Under the pieces are notes generated by a model. That model saw nothing but the letters and a program-made list of their open reading frames with translations, did no database searches and was not told the DNA's origin. A DNA stretch of 63,698 nucleotides, the filler included, from Phoronis australis (lineage: Eukaryota > Animalia > Phoronida): NCBI GenBank assembly GCA_002633005.1. It is 8 parts of 8 records of this genome, joined end to end, with 100 filler letters (N's around TTAATTAATTAA, not from the genome) between each part and the next. Parts side by side here need not be neighbours in the genome. Positions count along the whole stretch, not along the records: positions 1 to 28,125 come from NMRA01001306.1; 7 more parts are not named here. One strand, written 5' to 3'. This document shows, piece by piece, positions 14,901 to 25,807 of the stretch. The translations under genes were made by a program, and so were the position numbers. Each line of letters starts with the position of its first letter. The stretch's first letter is position 1.

Positions 14901-15266
14901 GAGACAAAATGGAGACACCGACTCGTCCATTTCTTGCTCCTGAATATTCTTGTGCGAGGACTGGTCACCGACACCCTGCTGTGTAGTATGCGTTAAATCA
15001 TCACTGACGTTACAATGCGCGTCAGCAGTATGGTCACTGAGTGGAAAATAGGAAATAGAGCCATCATCTGATTCTTCCACGCGGACTTTAGGCATAGCAA
15101 GATCTCTGTTGTAAATATTGTGAATTGCCGAACAAACGGGACATTTCAACGTGACGCCATCATCCTCATCAAAGCAGTGTGAGACACATGGGTCACTACA
15201 CATGAAGTGCTGGCATGGCAAAAGTACGGCCTCCAACAGCTCATTTAGGCATACAGGACACTTCAT
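8928..15266 (-). CDS. RING finger + RRM + low-complexity Pro-rich protein, ~1040 aa. Exons: 15266-14120, 13389-13298, 12908-12759, 11272-11138, 10526-8928
   Basis: All four introns are GT-AG with matching phases (1,0,0,0), giving 3123 nt of open frame. N-terminal C3HC4-type RING CPVC..PCQHFMCSDPC..CPVC. RRM LLVSGLPQGTKAVEVKKMFAEYGK|VLSSKIV..YAQIIM..ECAACISNLHSTQFNGNKIKVKK. An acceptor at 15291 implies a further upstream exon, so the start codon is tentative. Confidence 0.8.
9790..9900 (-). repeat. Coding 42-bp tandem repeat (PPPPQGPPARFPAR-type units)
   Basis: ggtccttgaggcggtggg at 9811 and 9853, inside the last exon. Confidence 0.8.
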
Positions 15267-16471
15267 ACTGCTTATGGTTGATGTGGACGTCTGAAATGGA
15301 ACAAACACACAACTGGTATATATTCATTATGTAGATACACTAGTAATCAGTCACGAGCCATAACCGACACAAAAATTGTGGTGACATGTATAAGCAGTAT
15401 CAAAGTTAATGGTGTGACACATCGCATTAAGAGAAAAACACAAAAAAATCTGTCATTTCACAGGACAGCCCTATGAAAGAAACATGACACGGTATATGGT
15501 CTAACCAATATTTACAATGTTGCTGTGTTATTGTGGTCAGCGTGACATGGAGAAGTTTTTACAGTACAGAGTCACTTGAGTCTGTCCATATGCAATGGCT
15601 GGATGTGCAAGAGTGAGTCATACGTTTCTAGTTTCCTGTAACAGACTACTTTCGCCACCAAAGAAGATAAGTATGCACCAAATTTGCTCTAATAAACGCC
15701 CAGGGCTCTTAACGAAAATCATAAAATGGAAGGGAGTGATCAACTTGGCGAAAAGGGCTGAAATTGAATTGTCAATTTATCAAATTCACCTGGCATTGAA
15801 AATATTATCAATTTGTAGTAAAGCACAAAAATTTGTTGCCCCGATTCTGCTGATTCATGACACATATTATTTTACAGACATGCCAAAGAGCACTGACTTC
15901 TAATACAATGAGTGTACATCTATATTAAATTTGTCCTTTCTGATGTCCCAGACCATATACAGAAAAGGGTTATTATCTCCTTAATGGAAACCTATTTGTC
16001 ATATTACATGAGAATCTGTCAAGAAACTCTGAAGATACAGACTGATATAAACTTAAAAACTAAATTGCCACTAGGGTACTCAGTGGTACTCAAATTAGTA
16101 CGAAAATCGTTCCTGTACGTTATCGCGTAACTAAAAAACACTTGCTAGATTTCATTTGTATTTTAGAGCTAGTTAATATTACTTACTGTGTCCAGAGCTC
16201 TGCAGTCGTTCCTAGTGCACAGTTCTTGGGCATTCTGCAATTTAATAACAATGTACAGGCAACTTGTCAAAAATGATAAGCAAACCAACAGGGTGCCCGG
16301 ATTACACCGTGGTATTCAAATTTCGCTGTGCTTACCTACAATGCCGCAATATGCCACAAGCACTACTGTAGCCTCGTTTTCGTGCCACTGCAGTCCATGT
16401 GTTCCTTGTTGTTAATGCGTTCTTTACCAGTTTTTCTCGGACGCATAACTCTATTCGGACTTCCAGTGGCA

Positions 16472-16650
16472 ATGAAGTATTATTGCTGGGCTGCGGGATA
16501 CAACTCCCAACAGGAGAAAGTTGGATAAACTTGAAAAACACCCGCAGATGCATGATGTTAAGTTCTTCGCCTTCCCAGCATCAATCAAAGACAAGAAATT
16601 GCATCGTGAGTGGATAAAACAAATACGTTGGGTTAATTTTGAACTAAACA
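16472..16650 (+). pseudogene. Frameshifted THAP-domain relic from a DNA transposon
   Basis: MKYYCWAAGYNS, then in another frame VKFFAFPASIKDKKLHREWIKQIRWVNF (THAP FP...W pattern). Confidence 0.6.
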
Positions 16651-16987
16651 GAATCCCCTTTTTGAAGATACCTTTTCAATTACAGTACGTTTAAATGGTT
16701 AAAACCTGGAATATTTACATCATCATAAAACTCGACGTTTCCAACTCCAACATGACCTGTGAAAATGCGCCTGACATCACAAAAACTAAGCATTGTCTCA
16801 GGGACGATGTGTGTCTGCCACAACACAAGCCGAAATATTTCCCCAAGAACTAGAGGACAACATATGACCGTGTACATTTTCTCTCTTTGTATACAGTAAA
16901 ATAAAACAACGATTACGAAAAGTCTAGCTCCGTAGAGTTAGACATCGACTGCTTCACCATACTCAGTCATATTTTCATGAAAGTGAC

Positions 16988-18167
16988 TAGTCTGTAAACC
17001 AACACTTAAACAGGATTGGAAGCAAGCACAGTGAAAGTGGAGAATCAAGTGCCATACACATCACACTCGAATTGCACGTCAAACATTAACGATGAAGTCA
17101 TGGACTAAAGTACTCACTGGGCTCATTGGCTGGCATTCGGGTCACTACATGACGTCATTAAGTCAAACACAAAGGGTAGAAGATGGCAGACAATTTGATT
17201 CATTGTTGTTAGGGGAAGGCAAAAATAGACCATTTTTAGTTTTCTTTACGCGTGGTTAGTACTAACACACTGAACTAGAATTTTTCTTCCATTCTTTTGG
17301 TTTATCCATTTCACCAAGGGATGAAAAGCCCTCGGTGGACCGAAAGTGACTAGCCAATACTCAGCTCTTAAACTGAGATGACGTTCCACCAGAGCGTTTT
17401 TCAGCACTTGGTGAAATGGATATAAACCAAAAAAATGGGAGGAACATTTTCGTTCATTGTGTTAGTAATAAGGTTGTGGGTTCGAGTCCCACCAGGTCAC
17501 ACTGCTAAACCCTTGAGCCAGGTTTCTAGCTCCTCAGCTCAGTTTTAACCATTTATTAATAAAGCATAAAAATATTTTCAGGTGATCAGTGCTATGGGCC
17601 CACATGCGAGGCCTGCACACGTCTGGTACAATGTGTAACAGACCGCCTGCAACTATTTTTTTTTATATTTCGCCTCTTTTTACCTTCCTCTAACAATAAC
17701 GAATCAAATCATCTCATCTCGTGAGTTTAGTTTTTGGCCTATTAGCGCCATGTAGTGACATGAATGCCAGCCAATGAGCCCAGTGAATGCTTTAGTCCAC
17801 GAGTTCACCAGTATATTAAAAAATACAAATGGTGGAGTTACAAGAGAATAGTAAAATGAATTCTTTAAAAGCCAAAGGGCTTCATTTTCGTGCAGTTATA
17901 TTCGCCATATTAAATCTGGAGATAAAAAATTTTTTTGCATGATCTCAGTTTATTCGTGTGCAGGTTAATATCTGATGTGCAATTCGAGTGTGATATGTAT
18001 GGCACTTGATTCTAAGCTTTCACAGTGAGGACTTCCAATCAACCCTGGCCTTACCATGGGCGGCGCACCATAGGGGGCTGGGGGGAGGGGGCTATAGCCC
18101 CCAACTTTTTTCAGTGCTACGCCGCCCATGCTTACTAATTTAATGCAAGGGTCGGTTTATCGACTAG
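16988..18167. mobile_element. Foldback element with long imperfect inverted arms and nested insertions
   Basis: Arms ~16988-17230 and ~17670-18167 are reverse-complementary (e.g. gaatcaagtgccatac..atcacactcgaattgcac / gtgcaattcgagtgtgat..gtatggcacttgattc). Inner MITE 17260-17467. MITE 18055-18130 with TIR catgggcggcg flanked by cttac. B-box-like gggttcgagtccc near 17478. Confidence 0.75.
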
Positions 18168-18917
18168 AAAATGACTAGCCTTGGTACAAAGCTGTATACT
18201 TAATATACAGTGTTGCGCCAACGTAGGTAAAAAAGTGGTAAGATAAAATCTGACACAAAATTATTGTCATTAAAAACTACAGTCTTCCTTGAGTAAACTA
18301 AATTATTTAACGGTGTTGGAAAAAATGGCATTCTACTGTTATTCTGCTGCTAAAGTTGTGGAGCAATTTTTATAGCGACGACTTTCGGCGCCATGAAATA
18401 CTGCATCACCAATTGGCCAGTTTTTTTTTTCACCGATTCTTCTTTCACGAGGTTGCATAGATATCACAACAAATTATCGGAACTGGTTTCATTTAGTTAC
18501 GAGTTTTTAGAATGTTGATACTGAAAAAACGAATTTCAGAAGAAATTTTGCTGCTGCCAAGCTATCATCTCCCGAGAGATGTCGCAAAAATTTAGGAAAT
18601 GACGTATGCACGTATTCTTTTCAAAACGATGACATAACTTTTCTTTGTTGTAAAAAGTGAAGGATTACACAACAAAATGACGTTTATTAGATTGTTTTCC
18701 ACTTAGTTTACTTAAACGGCTGTAATGGGCAAGGTGAGTGTCATTTGATTCCCAGATGTTGCATGCACCCTGTTCGGTCTTTAGCTCTACATGTTGATAC
18801 AGGTTTCATGGCGAGTTGACAAGCAGGACTACCCTGGCTGTGTGCAATTTCGTGGTCTATGGTCATGGAAGAAAAACACACAGTGGTACCTAGCTGTATT
18901 TTGACGATAGCCTTCAT

Positions 18918-18992
18918 CACAGGCGTCCTCAGCTTCTGATCGTCCCCAATATGTAGTGTATTGGGGACGATCAGAAGCTGAGGACGCCTGTG
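18918..18992. mobile_element. 75-bp hairpin MITE with 8-bp TSD
   Basis: Perfect 34-bp inverted repeat (18918-18951 / 18959-18992) with a 7-nt loop, flanked by the direct repeat gccttcat (18910-18917 and 18993-19000). Confidence 0.9.
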
Positions 18993-19458
18993 GCCTTCAT
19001 AGGCCAGCTAGCTAGCTGGCTAGAAAGTAACAAGATTTGCGGATTCTCTTCTTCAACAAACAATTAAAGAAAAAAGCAGTAGATGAATTTCTTAGCTCTA
19101 TTGGGGATTGGCTACTACACCATACTCAAAAATATAAGCAATTCTTCGCAAATCTTACCAACAATTTCTCAGACCGACAAAAAGTGCCTTGCAAACTTGT
19201 GGCTCAGCAATAACATTGTGTTCAAGCGACACCTACTGATAATTATCAGTACTACTGATAATTATTCTGACACGGTGCGCGTTAGGGCAGAACGCACCAA
19301 TGAGTTAAATAGCTAGCTATTTATCTCATTGGAATGTACTCACGTATACCAATTTGTGCCGTCTAAAAGGCACATTTTCGTAACTTAGGGATTGGTGCCG
19401 AACGCTTGTTGAGGTCTGTGTGTCTTCCTTTCCCGGCCTGACAGTGCCTGCTTGTCCT

Positions 19459-19876
19459 GCTCACGCGAACTTAGAATCCTGCTTAATCTCAAGATTTAGC
19501 GGAAGTGGGTGTTGCGTGAACTTGGACTACGCTGGGCAACTTGACAAGTTCGCTCAAAAAATCACGTTCATGTTCATAAAAATTTGCACTGCACTAAATC
19601 AAGTTACATTTGAATAAAATAATGTCAATTTTAACCAACCTTTTCTACTGACGGGCGATCAGCCATTTAGCCATTCACATATTCCTCCGGTTCAGCGACA
19701 CAAGTTACGGTAAACGAGAAAATGGTTGATCGCGAAGCCAATAATTACAAAAATTATTTTCACCGAACAAAAATTTCACCTTTTTGCATTAAAGAATATT
19801 CAATTCCTAGTTCACGCAATTGCACTCACTTTCGCTTAATCTTGAGATTAAGCAGGATTCCAAGTTCACGCACAGC
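19459..19876. mobile_element. Palindromic MITE-like element
   Basis: gaatcctgcttaatctcaagatt / aatcttgagattaagcaggattc arms of ~65 bp, plus an inner pair gcgatcagccattt / aaatggttgatcgc. Confidence 0.65.
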
Positions 19877-21689
19877 AGATGAACTTAGAAACCTGTGTTC
19901 AACGATAGATGTCGTCACTCCTTTGCGGATCGGAACCCTCTGCTCCGCGCGCCGGACCCGCCAAAATATTTAGATAGTTTGATCAAAAAGATGGTTCGCT
20001 CAGAAACAAGAGCCAAGGTACCACCTTATGTTGCTTGTATTGTTATCATGAAAATGAAGTTCACTTTTTTACTAGATGACCCATTTTGCAGTGAGGCGTT
20101 ATATAATTCGTCACTGACAGGACATATATAAGCCAAACAATAAATTTCACATGGGTTGTTCATTAGTAGTAAAGCTTGAACTCTTCTTTTCTTTTTCTTC
20201 AGGTATGTATTCTGCCCATTTGCAATAAAAAATTTTAAAAGCTTCCTTGTGTCTCTCACAATGTGAGAGTACAGGTCACTCGGCAAACTATTTCAGGCTG
20301 CATGCCGTGATTTGATTTTTACTAGTCATGTAAAATCGTTTTTCGATTCTTGTGTCGTCTTTCCATCCTCTTGCCCTTCGTTATTCTGAAGTCTAAATCA
20401 CGTATTCGCTTGTACCACATTCTACTATTCAGTATAGTGACACCTTAAGTTTATTTTAGTCCTCATTCGGGCTGCTTATTTGTAGTGCCAGGCAACTTAA
20501 TTGACTGGTATCGCAATGAAAACTGGGATAAAACACATTAGTATTAGGAAACGTCACTGGAATTCCTTCCTTTTCCACCCTTTAGAAAAATGTATCATTC
20601 TACGGATTGAAAAATTGTCGGTCATTTCAATTCTGGCTCTAATTTTGGGCCTTCCTGTCCCACCGAAAAGAAAGCCAGATTTAGAAAAAAAGTCGAAAAA
20701 CACAAAATTGACTCTTTTCACTACGAAACTGCCTTGTCTTTTCCACAGCTCTACATGAGCCAACTGACATTATGATTAAAAAATTGAGGTCCCGGCAAAA
20801 GCTCTGCCATCCAAACACATTTTTGGCATGTTTGACGGGTATGTGAAATCGCAACAAATTTCTCAGTCACGCAGCAATTGACACCATGAATACTTCAGGT
20901 AGCTGACGTTTTGATGAAGATCTCAGCAACCCAACACAAAAAATAGATTCACTGAACCTACTTGCGATCATCTGCATACCTCAAAAGTACCCCCAACCTG
21001 GTCGACCCCAAGAATTCTACTGATTCATATGGAATTACGGCCGCGGGCATATTAGACGCGACAACAGTCTAAAACTGTACAGAGCCGCCTCAGCACCACC
21101 GACAAGTTACGTTGCTGGGACTAGATAGGGAATTAAGTTGCACTGGTGCGGAGCAGAACGAACATAAGGCGCTATCATACTAACTCAGGTATGAGAGGAG
21201 CCTCGATGTATACTGCCTTGGGACGAAAACTGTATGCCTTCTCTAAGGGTGATTCGGTAACTCAAATGTGCCAGGAATTTTCTTTCCACAGTTTTAGTAT
21301 CATTATTCATTTTAGTTTTCTTACGCCACCAAAATCACATTTTTTGAAAATTGAGAAAACTTTTCATATCGCTTACAAACACGCAAGTAGCCAAAAATGT
21401 ATATAGATACATGTAAATAGATGATAAGAAAGGCTAGTTTACATAACATAATAAATCTTACCTATTGAATGAAACTTCTAATTAAGAAAAAGGAGATTAA
21501 AATGTGAAGAAGAACACGATAATCAGTTTTAAATTAAATTTGAGCGCTACCTAGTGCCGCAATTACGGACTATTTTCTTTATTCAACACAACCCTGCATT
21601 TTTACAACAATTTAGGACAATAAATATAGGCATTGTATAAGCTACAATCACCAAGCCAACTCCGTTAGTATTATCTGCAGAGAACTTAA

Positions 21690-21980
21690 TAAGGAGTTAC
21701 TGTACATTAAAGAATCATTAGCCATTCAGAACCAGCATGCCACTGAATCTCTGAATAACATGCGGAGCTCAGTGACCCTGCAGCTATGGTGATGACCAGC
21801 TACTGACCATATTCTATGTATCTCTCACTTCACTCTATGGATGTTACCTGAGCTGTATGTTGGCACTTGTTGTCCTTAATTGTTGTAAATATGATCCTGA
21901 TGATGTCTAATGAAAAGGTGAAACGTTGAATTGAACATGAACTTTTTTATTTGTGCGGCGATCGTCCGGTTTTTGATCTT
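21690..21980 (+). mobile_element. Penelope-like element 3' end; related copy at ~11800-11940
   Basis: ELLYIKESLAIQNQH (GIY-YIG C-terminus), followed by cctgatga..gaaacgtt. The same tail is found at 11855-11935. Confidence 0.55.
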
Positions 21981-24149
21981 ATTGTGGCCAAAAACTGATT
22001 TAACCCTGCATTTGCTTCGTATGCATTTTTAACAGTCATTGTTGTGTAGAAGTTGATCCAGGATATAAATTATGGAACACTGGCAGGCCAAAAATCCGTG
22101 TCATGTAAGTCACAGAAATTATAAGTGTTCACGAAGAACAAGCAAACAACTTTTATCAACGGTAACAAAGGTTTTTAACTAAGTCATTTTTGGCTAAAAC
22201 ATTTATTAATAGTATTTATTCGGGAAAAACAATTGCAAAATAACTTTTCACGGGGGACTCAGTTTCAGAAGTCAAACTGATTGAAAAATCATCAGTTTTA
22301 ATCCATAATATTTTAGCCAATATATCATTGCCCCGAAGTCATCGAGGATACCACAAAATATCTGACATTGCCGCAGAATGTGTTATTGTATTTTAGCATC
22401 GTTTCGGTTTGGCCATCCTATTGCCGTATAGCCCCGCAATTAGGCGCTTGTGCTTAATTGCGGGACTTAGATGCATGCGCCTACATGTATATGCGGGACA
22501 TTTAAGTAGAACTTGCATTGATTATGGAGCTCTGGATATAGGCGCACTTTCAATGTTATTTAAAAAAACACTTCTAGCTTGCACGTGGATAATAGTGCAA
22601 ATTCTTTCTAAAGACATGCTGCCGACGAACCTGTATTGCTTGTTCGACTTGACAGGAAAATAGCAAGTCTATGGATGAGACGTGAAAGCCAATGCCGCGG
22701 TAGTAGACAGTCAGGTTGAACAATCGCGATTCTATTGCAGTTAAACGTTGTAGAGTTAAGTATATTTTTAGATGAGGAGATGATCAAAGTGTTATTTTAT
22801 ACGCAAGTCGTTCTTAAAAATAAAGCTTGTAATGAGTTTTGTGTATTTTTAGAACTTAACTTCTTATGTATAATACTGATCCAGAATGTCACTAAAGCCA
22901 CACGCTGTTTGAAATAAAATGCATTTAGTGTATTTTTAAAACCATTCAAGATGCGCCTATAACCGGATCACCGCATGCGCCTATATGCAGGACATCTTGC
23001 GAAAAAACGCAGGGATCCGCATGTAGGTGCATGTGACTATTTGCTGGGCTATACAGTACACAACTTTCACTGTTGTTTACTGCCACAGCATCCCTTATTT
23101 GTACGTGTTATTTAATTGGTTAATTCTCGTAACTCTTAAGTCTCTCACTCTATTCCTTTCATTTGTATCACACAGTTTTTTAATTTTATAATTTTTACGT
23201 TTATTACTTGATCACAAGTACACAAATTTAAAAAGAAATACTTACAGTATTATAGCAAAATTGTTAGTAGCCGAATTTAAGCATTTATGACCATGTTGTG
23301 AAGGGTTTAATAGCTTCTAAGTTCTCAAGACGCCGCGCAAGAATGAAAAAGGGTGAATAGCGGCACATCATGGCGAATCTGACCACAGCAAAAAGGCGTG
23401 TCCATAATAGCGGTGCTGTTACTGCAATTTAAATGGTGTTGGGGTGACGATAATGGTTAAGATGGCGATTGTGGTGGCAATTTCAGGTACTATAGTAATC
23501 AAAACGTCACACTGTTGATCTTTCGCTGGTCAAGAGGAGCTGCACTCTTCCGCCAAAATACTAGTAATTTCGAGTCTTCTATTTTTAAGTAAGCATCTGT
23601 ATCGATTTTGCAAGTTCGATAAAAGTTGACACATGTGAATTGTAACATTCTTCTTTCATATATTTACAATCATTAACGATGTCTATGAAGGTCAATGTAC
23701 ATCGATCATTTCACAAATTACGGGAAAATGACATAAGAGCAATGTTCGACGTCGGTGATGAAGATTACTGCACTAATATCGATGACGTTGATGCGAAAAT
23801 GGTGACATCTGGAGGTCATTTTTGCAAATAAAGTCCGTGGAATTAGTGTAGAGGGCTCGTGCGTCCAACAGAAGTCAACATATTAATTTGATATACATTT
23901 CCGTAACCAATTGGTATATCCAAAAGATGCTAACTTTTTATTGGTTTTACTTGGGAAATGTTCGTTTTGCTCATATCTTTCGCTTTTTGAAACTTATTTT
24001 CTGTTCTAGATTTTTTAAAACTAATAGTGGAGTTCTTGAACTTCAAGTGCGATCGTTTCGAATTTATAGACATGCACGTGCATTTTTAATCTAGAAAATC
24101 GCCAACTTGTCTTGCTTCTGAACAATCTCTATTTAGCGCTGCTGTGAAT

Positions 24150-24274
24150 GTGGTTACGTCATACAACGCCGACGTCACAAACGACGGTGAAATCGTTGAA
24201 GGTTAACGTTGCTTAATCGAAGTCAAAGAACGAATTCGTTAAGAGAGTTATCAAGTTCGTTACTGTTTAAAAAG
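24150..24274 (+). promoter_or_regulatory. Putative promoter / non-coding first exon with two CRE-like motifs
   Basis: ttacgtca and gacgtca at ~24153-24177. Candidate donor aag|gtttgt after 24274 and acceptor ttttcag at 24480, upstream of the ATG at 24505. Confidence 0.35.
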
Positions 24275-24504
24275 GTTTGTATTTTTATTATCATAACAGT
24301 TATTTTGCAAAAATATCGATGTATGCTTGCTTCAAAATATTTTTAGACATAAATCATTCATAACTTTCGCTTATGAGAGTAAACGACAAAAGATCAAACC
24401 GAAAGGTTTGAAATAATGTTTCTTCTTTAAAATTTGCGAATTTTCTTTAGTGTTTTAAATTTGATCTTTTATATTTTCAGTCAATCATATATCTCGACAA
24501 CGCC

Positions 24505-25753
24505 ATGAGTGCCATCGTTCTTCTTCTCATTTCCATCCTCGGAGGAAGTCTTTTGGCTGAAGCGCGCCCTCTGGTCAGACCTGACACAGCTGAAGTGTCA
24601 ACAGAGGAACTGCAGCCTCAGGTTTTCAAGAAAACCGGTAAGGTTAAAAAAGTAGACACTGACTGCAGTTGGTTCTGGTCTGTACCCCGAATTATTTTTA
24701 AACCTGCGCTCACAGGCTCAAAAAACGCCGACCTGGCTGCATCAATGTTTGAAACGCTCTGATTTTCCAAGCAATGAGTAAAAACCGATTCCTGCATCAT
24801 TTTTGTCAGCCCCCTTTTCTGGAAAAATCAGTAACTAAACAAAATAGACCAGAATCAACTATGATTTTTGGACTAAAGGCAAACAAAGTTCGTTCAATTG
24901 TCATCTTTGATTAGTTTGTTGGTTTGTGCTGCACTGAATTTTAATGCACTTGATTGACATCGCCGGCTCCAGCTAAGACAACTGATTGGTCTGTAAACGA
25001 GAAATGGTCACCAAGAACCAATGAGCTGTCTTTGTAGGTTGACCCGGCGGAACCGGCGAACTCAAACAAGAGCAGCCAATAAGCTGCTACATGAAACGAT
25101 AAGATCATGTTCTATTAAAAGATAACAAGATATCCCTCAAGAAAAATCTCCATTGAGGCTCACATAAAACATAAAATAACTCAAAAAATAGTATTGCTCA
25201 TTCTGAAGTAATGATATTCATTTATATATAATAAATTCAAAAAGCGATGGAGATGTCCATTTGTACCTATGATTTACAAAAATATAAGTTGTCAGGAAAC
25301 ACCAATAATTACATAATAACATGTTGGAAGTGGACATTACCAATTGGGGAGTGATTTTCGCATTTGGGATAGGTGGCCCGAACTTGAGCTTAGCTTTGAG
25401 TCTCGGTTGTAGTTAATCCGCCAAGTTGGCGCATTAGGTTTTGAAGATGGTTTGCAATAAGCCTACGCGGCCGGGAGGCTGGGGGGCCAGAAGGACCGGC
25501 ACGTTCTAAGACAAAAGTTAGTAGTACCGGTGTATAGTCGCAAATATCTGTAAGCACCGCAGATACAGGCACCTCTCTCTTTTCAGGCGGGAAGATTTCC
25601 ATGTTTCTTCCCGTAGTCGGCGGTACTGCAGCAGGTGTTGCATGGATCGTTGTCGCCTTCTTTCTCGCTGAGTGGAGCTGCCTACGTGCACCCGGCGTCA
25701 ACAAAGGAATGCTGTATCTTAGCAACGGAGAATATTCATACCACATAGTGTGA
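24505..25753 (+). CDS. 99-aa type I single-pass membrane protein. Exons: 24505-24637, 25587-25753
   Basis: gccATG start; signal peptide MSAIVLLLISILGGSLLAEA; phase-1 intron g|gtaagg...ctctcttttcag; TM segment FLPVVGGTAAGVAWIVVAFFLA; tail ending GEYSYHIV*. AATAAA near 26613. Confidence 0.7.
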
Positions 25754-25787
25754 AGTGTGGTATCAGTGTTGCACCGAGAAGGACTCA

Positions 25788-25807
25788 TTATATATATATA
25801 TATATAT
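25788..25807. repeat. (TA)n microsatellite
   Basis: TA run in the presumed 3' UTR. Confidence 0.9.

Noticed and set aside
19640-19666. Candidate first coding exon MADRPSVEK, in frame with the RING exon
   Set aside because: Phase-compatible, but it lies inside a palindromic MITE whose other arm has the same motif. Unsupported without transcripts.
25390-25788. 132-aa minus-strand ORF
   Set aside because: Antisense to exon 2 of the membrane microprotein, with no motifs of its own.
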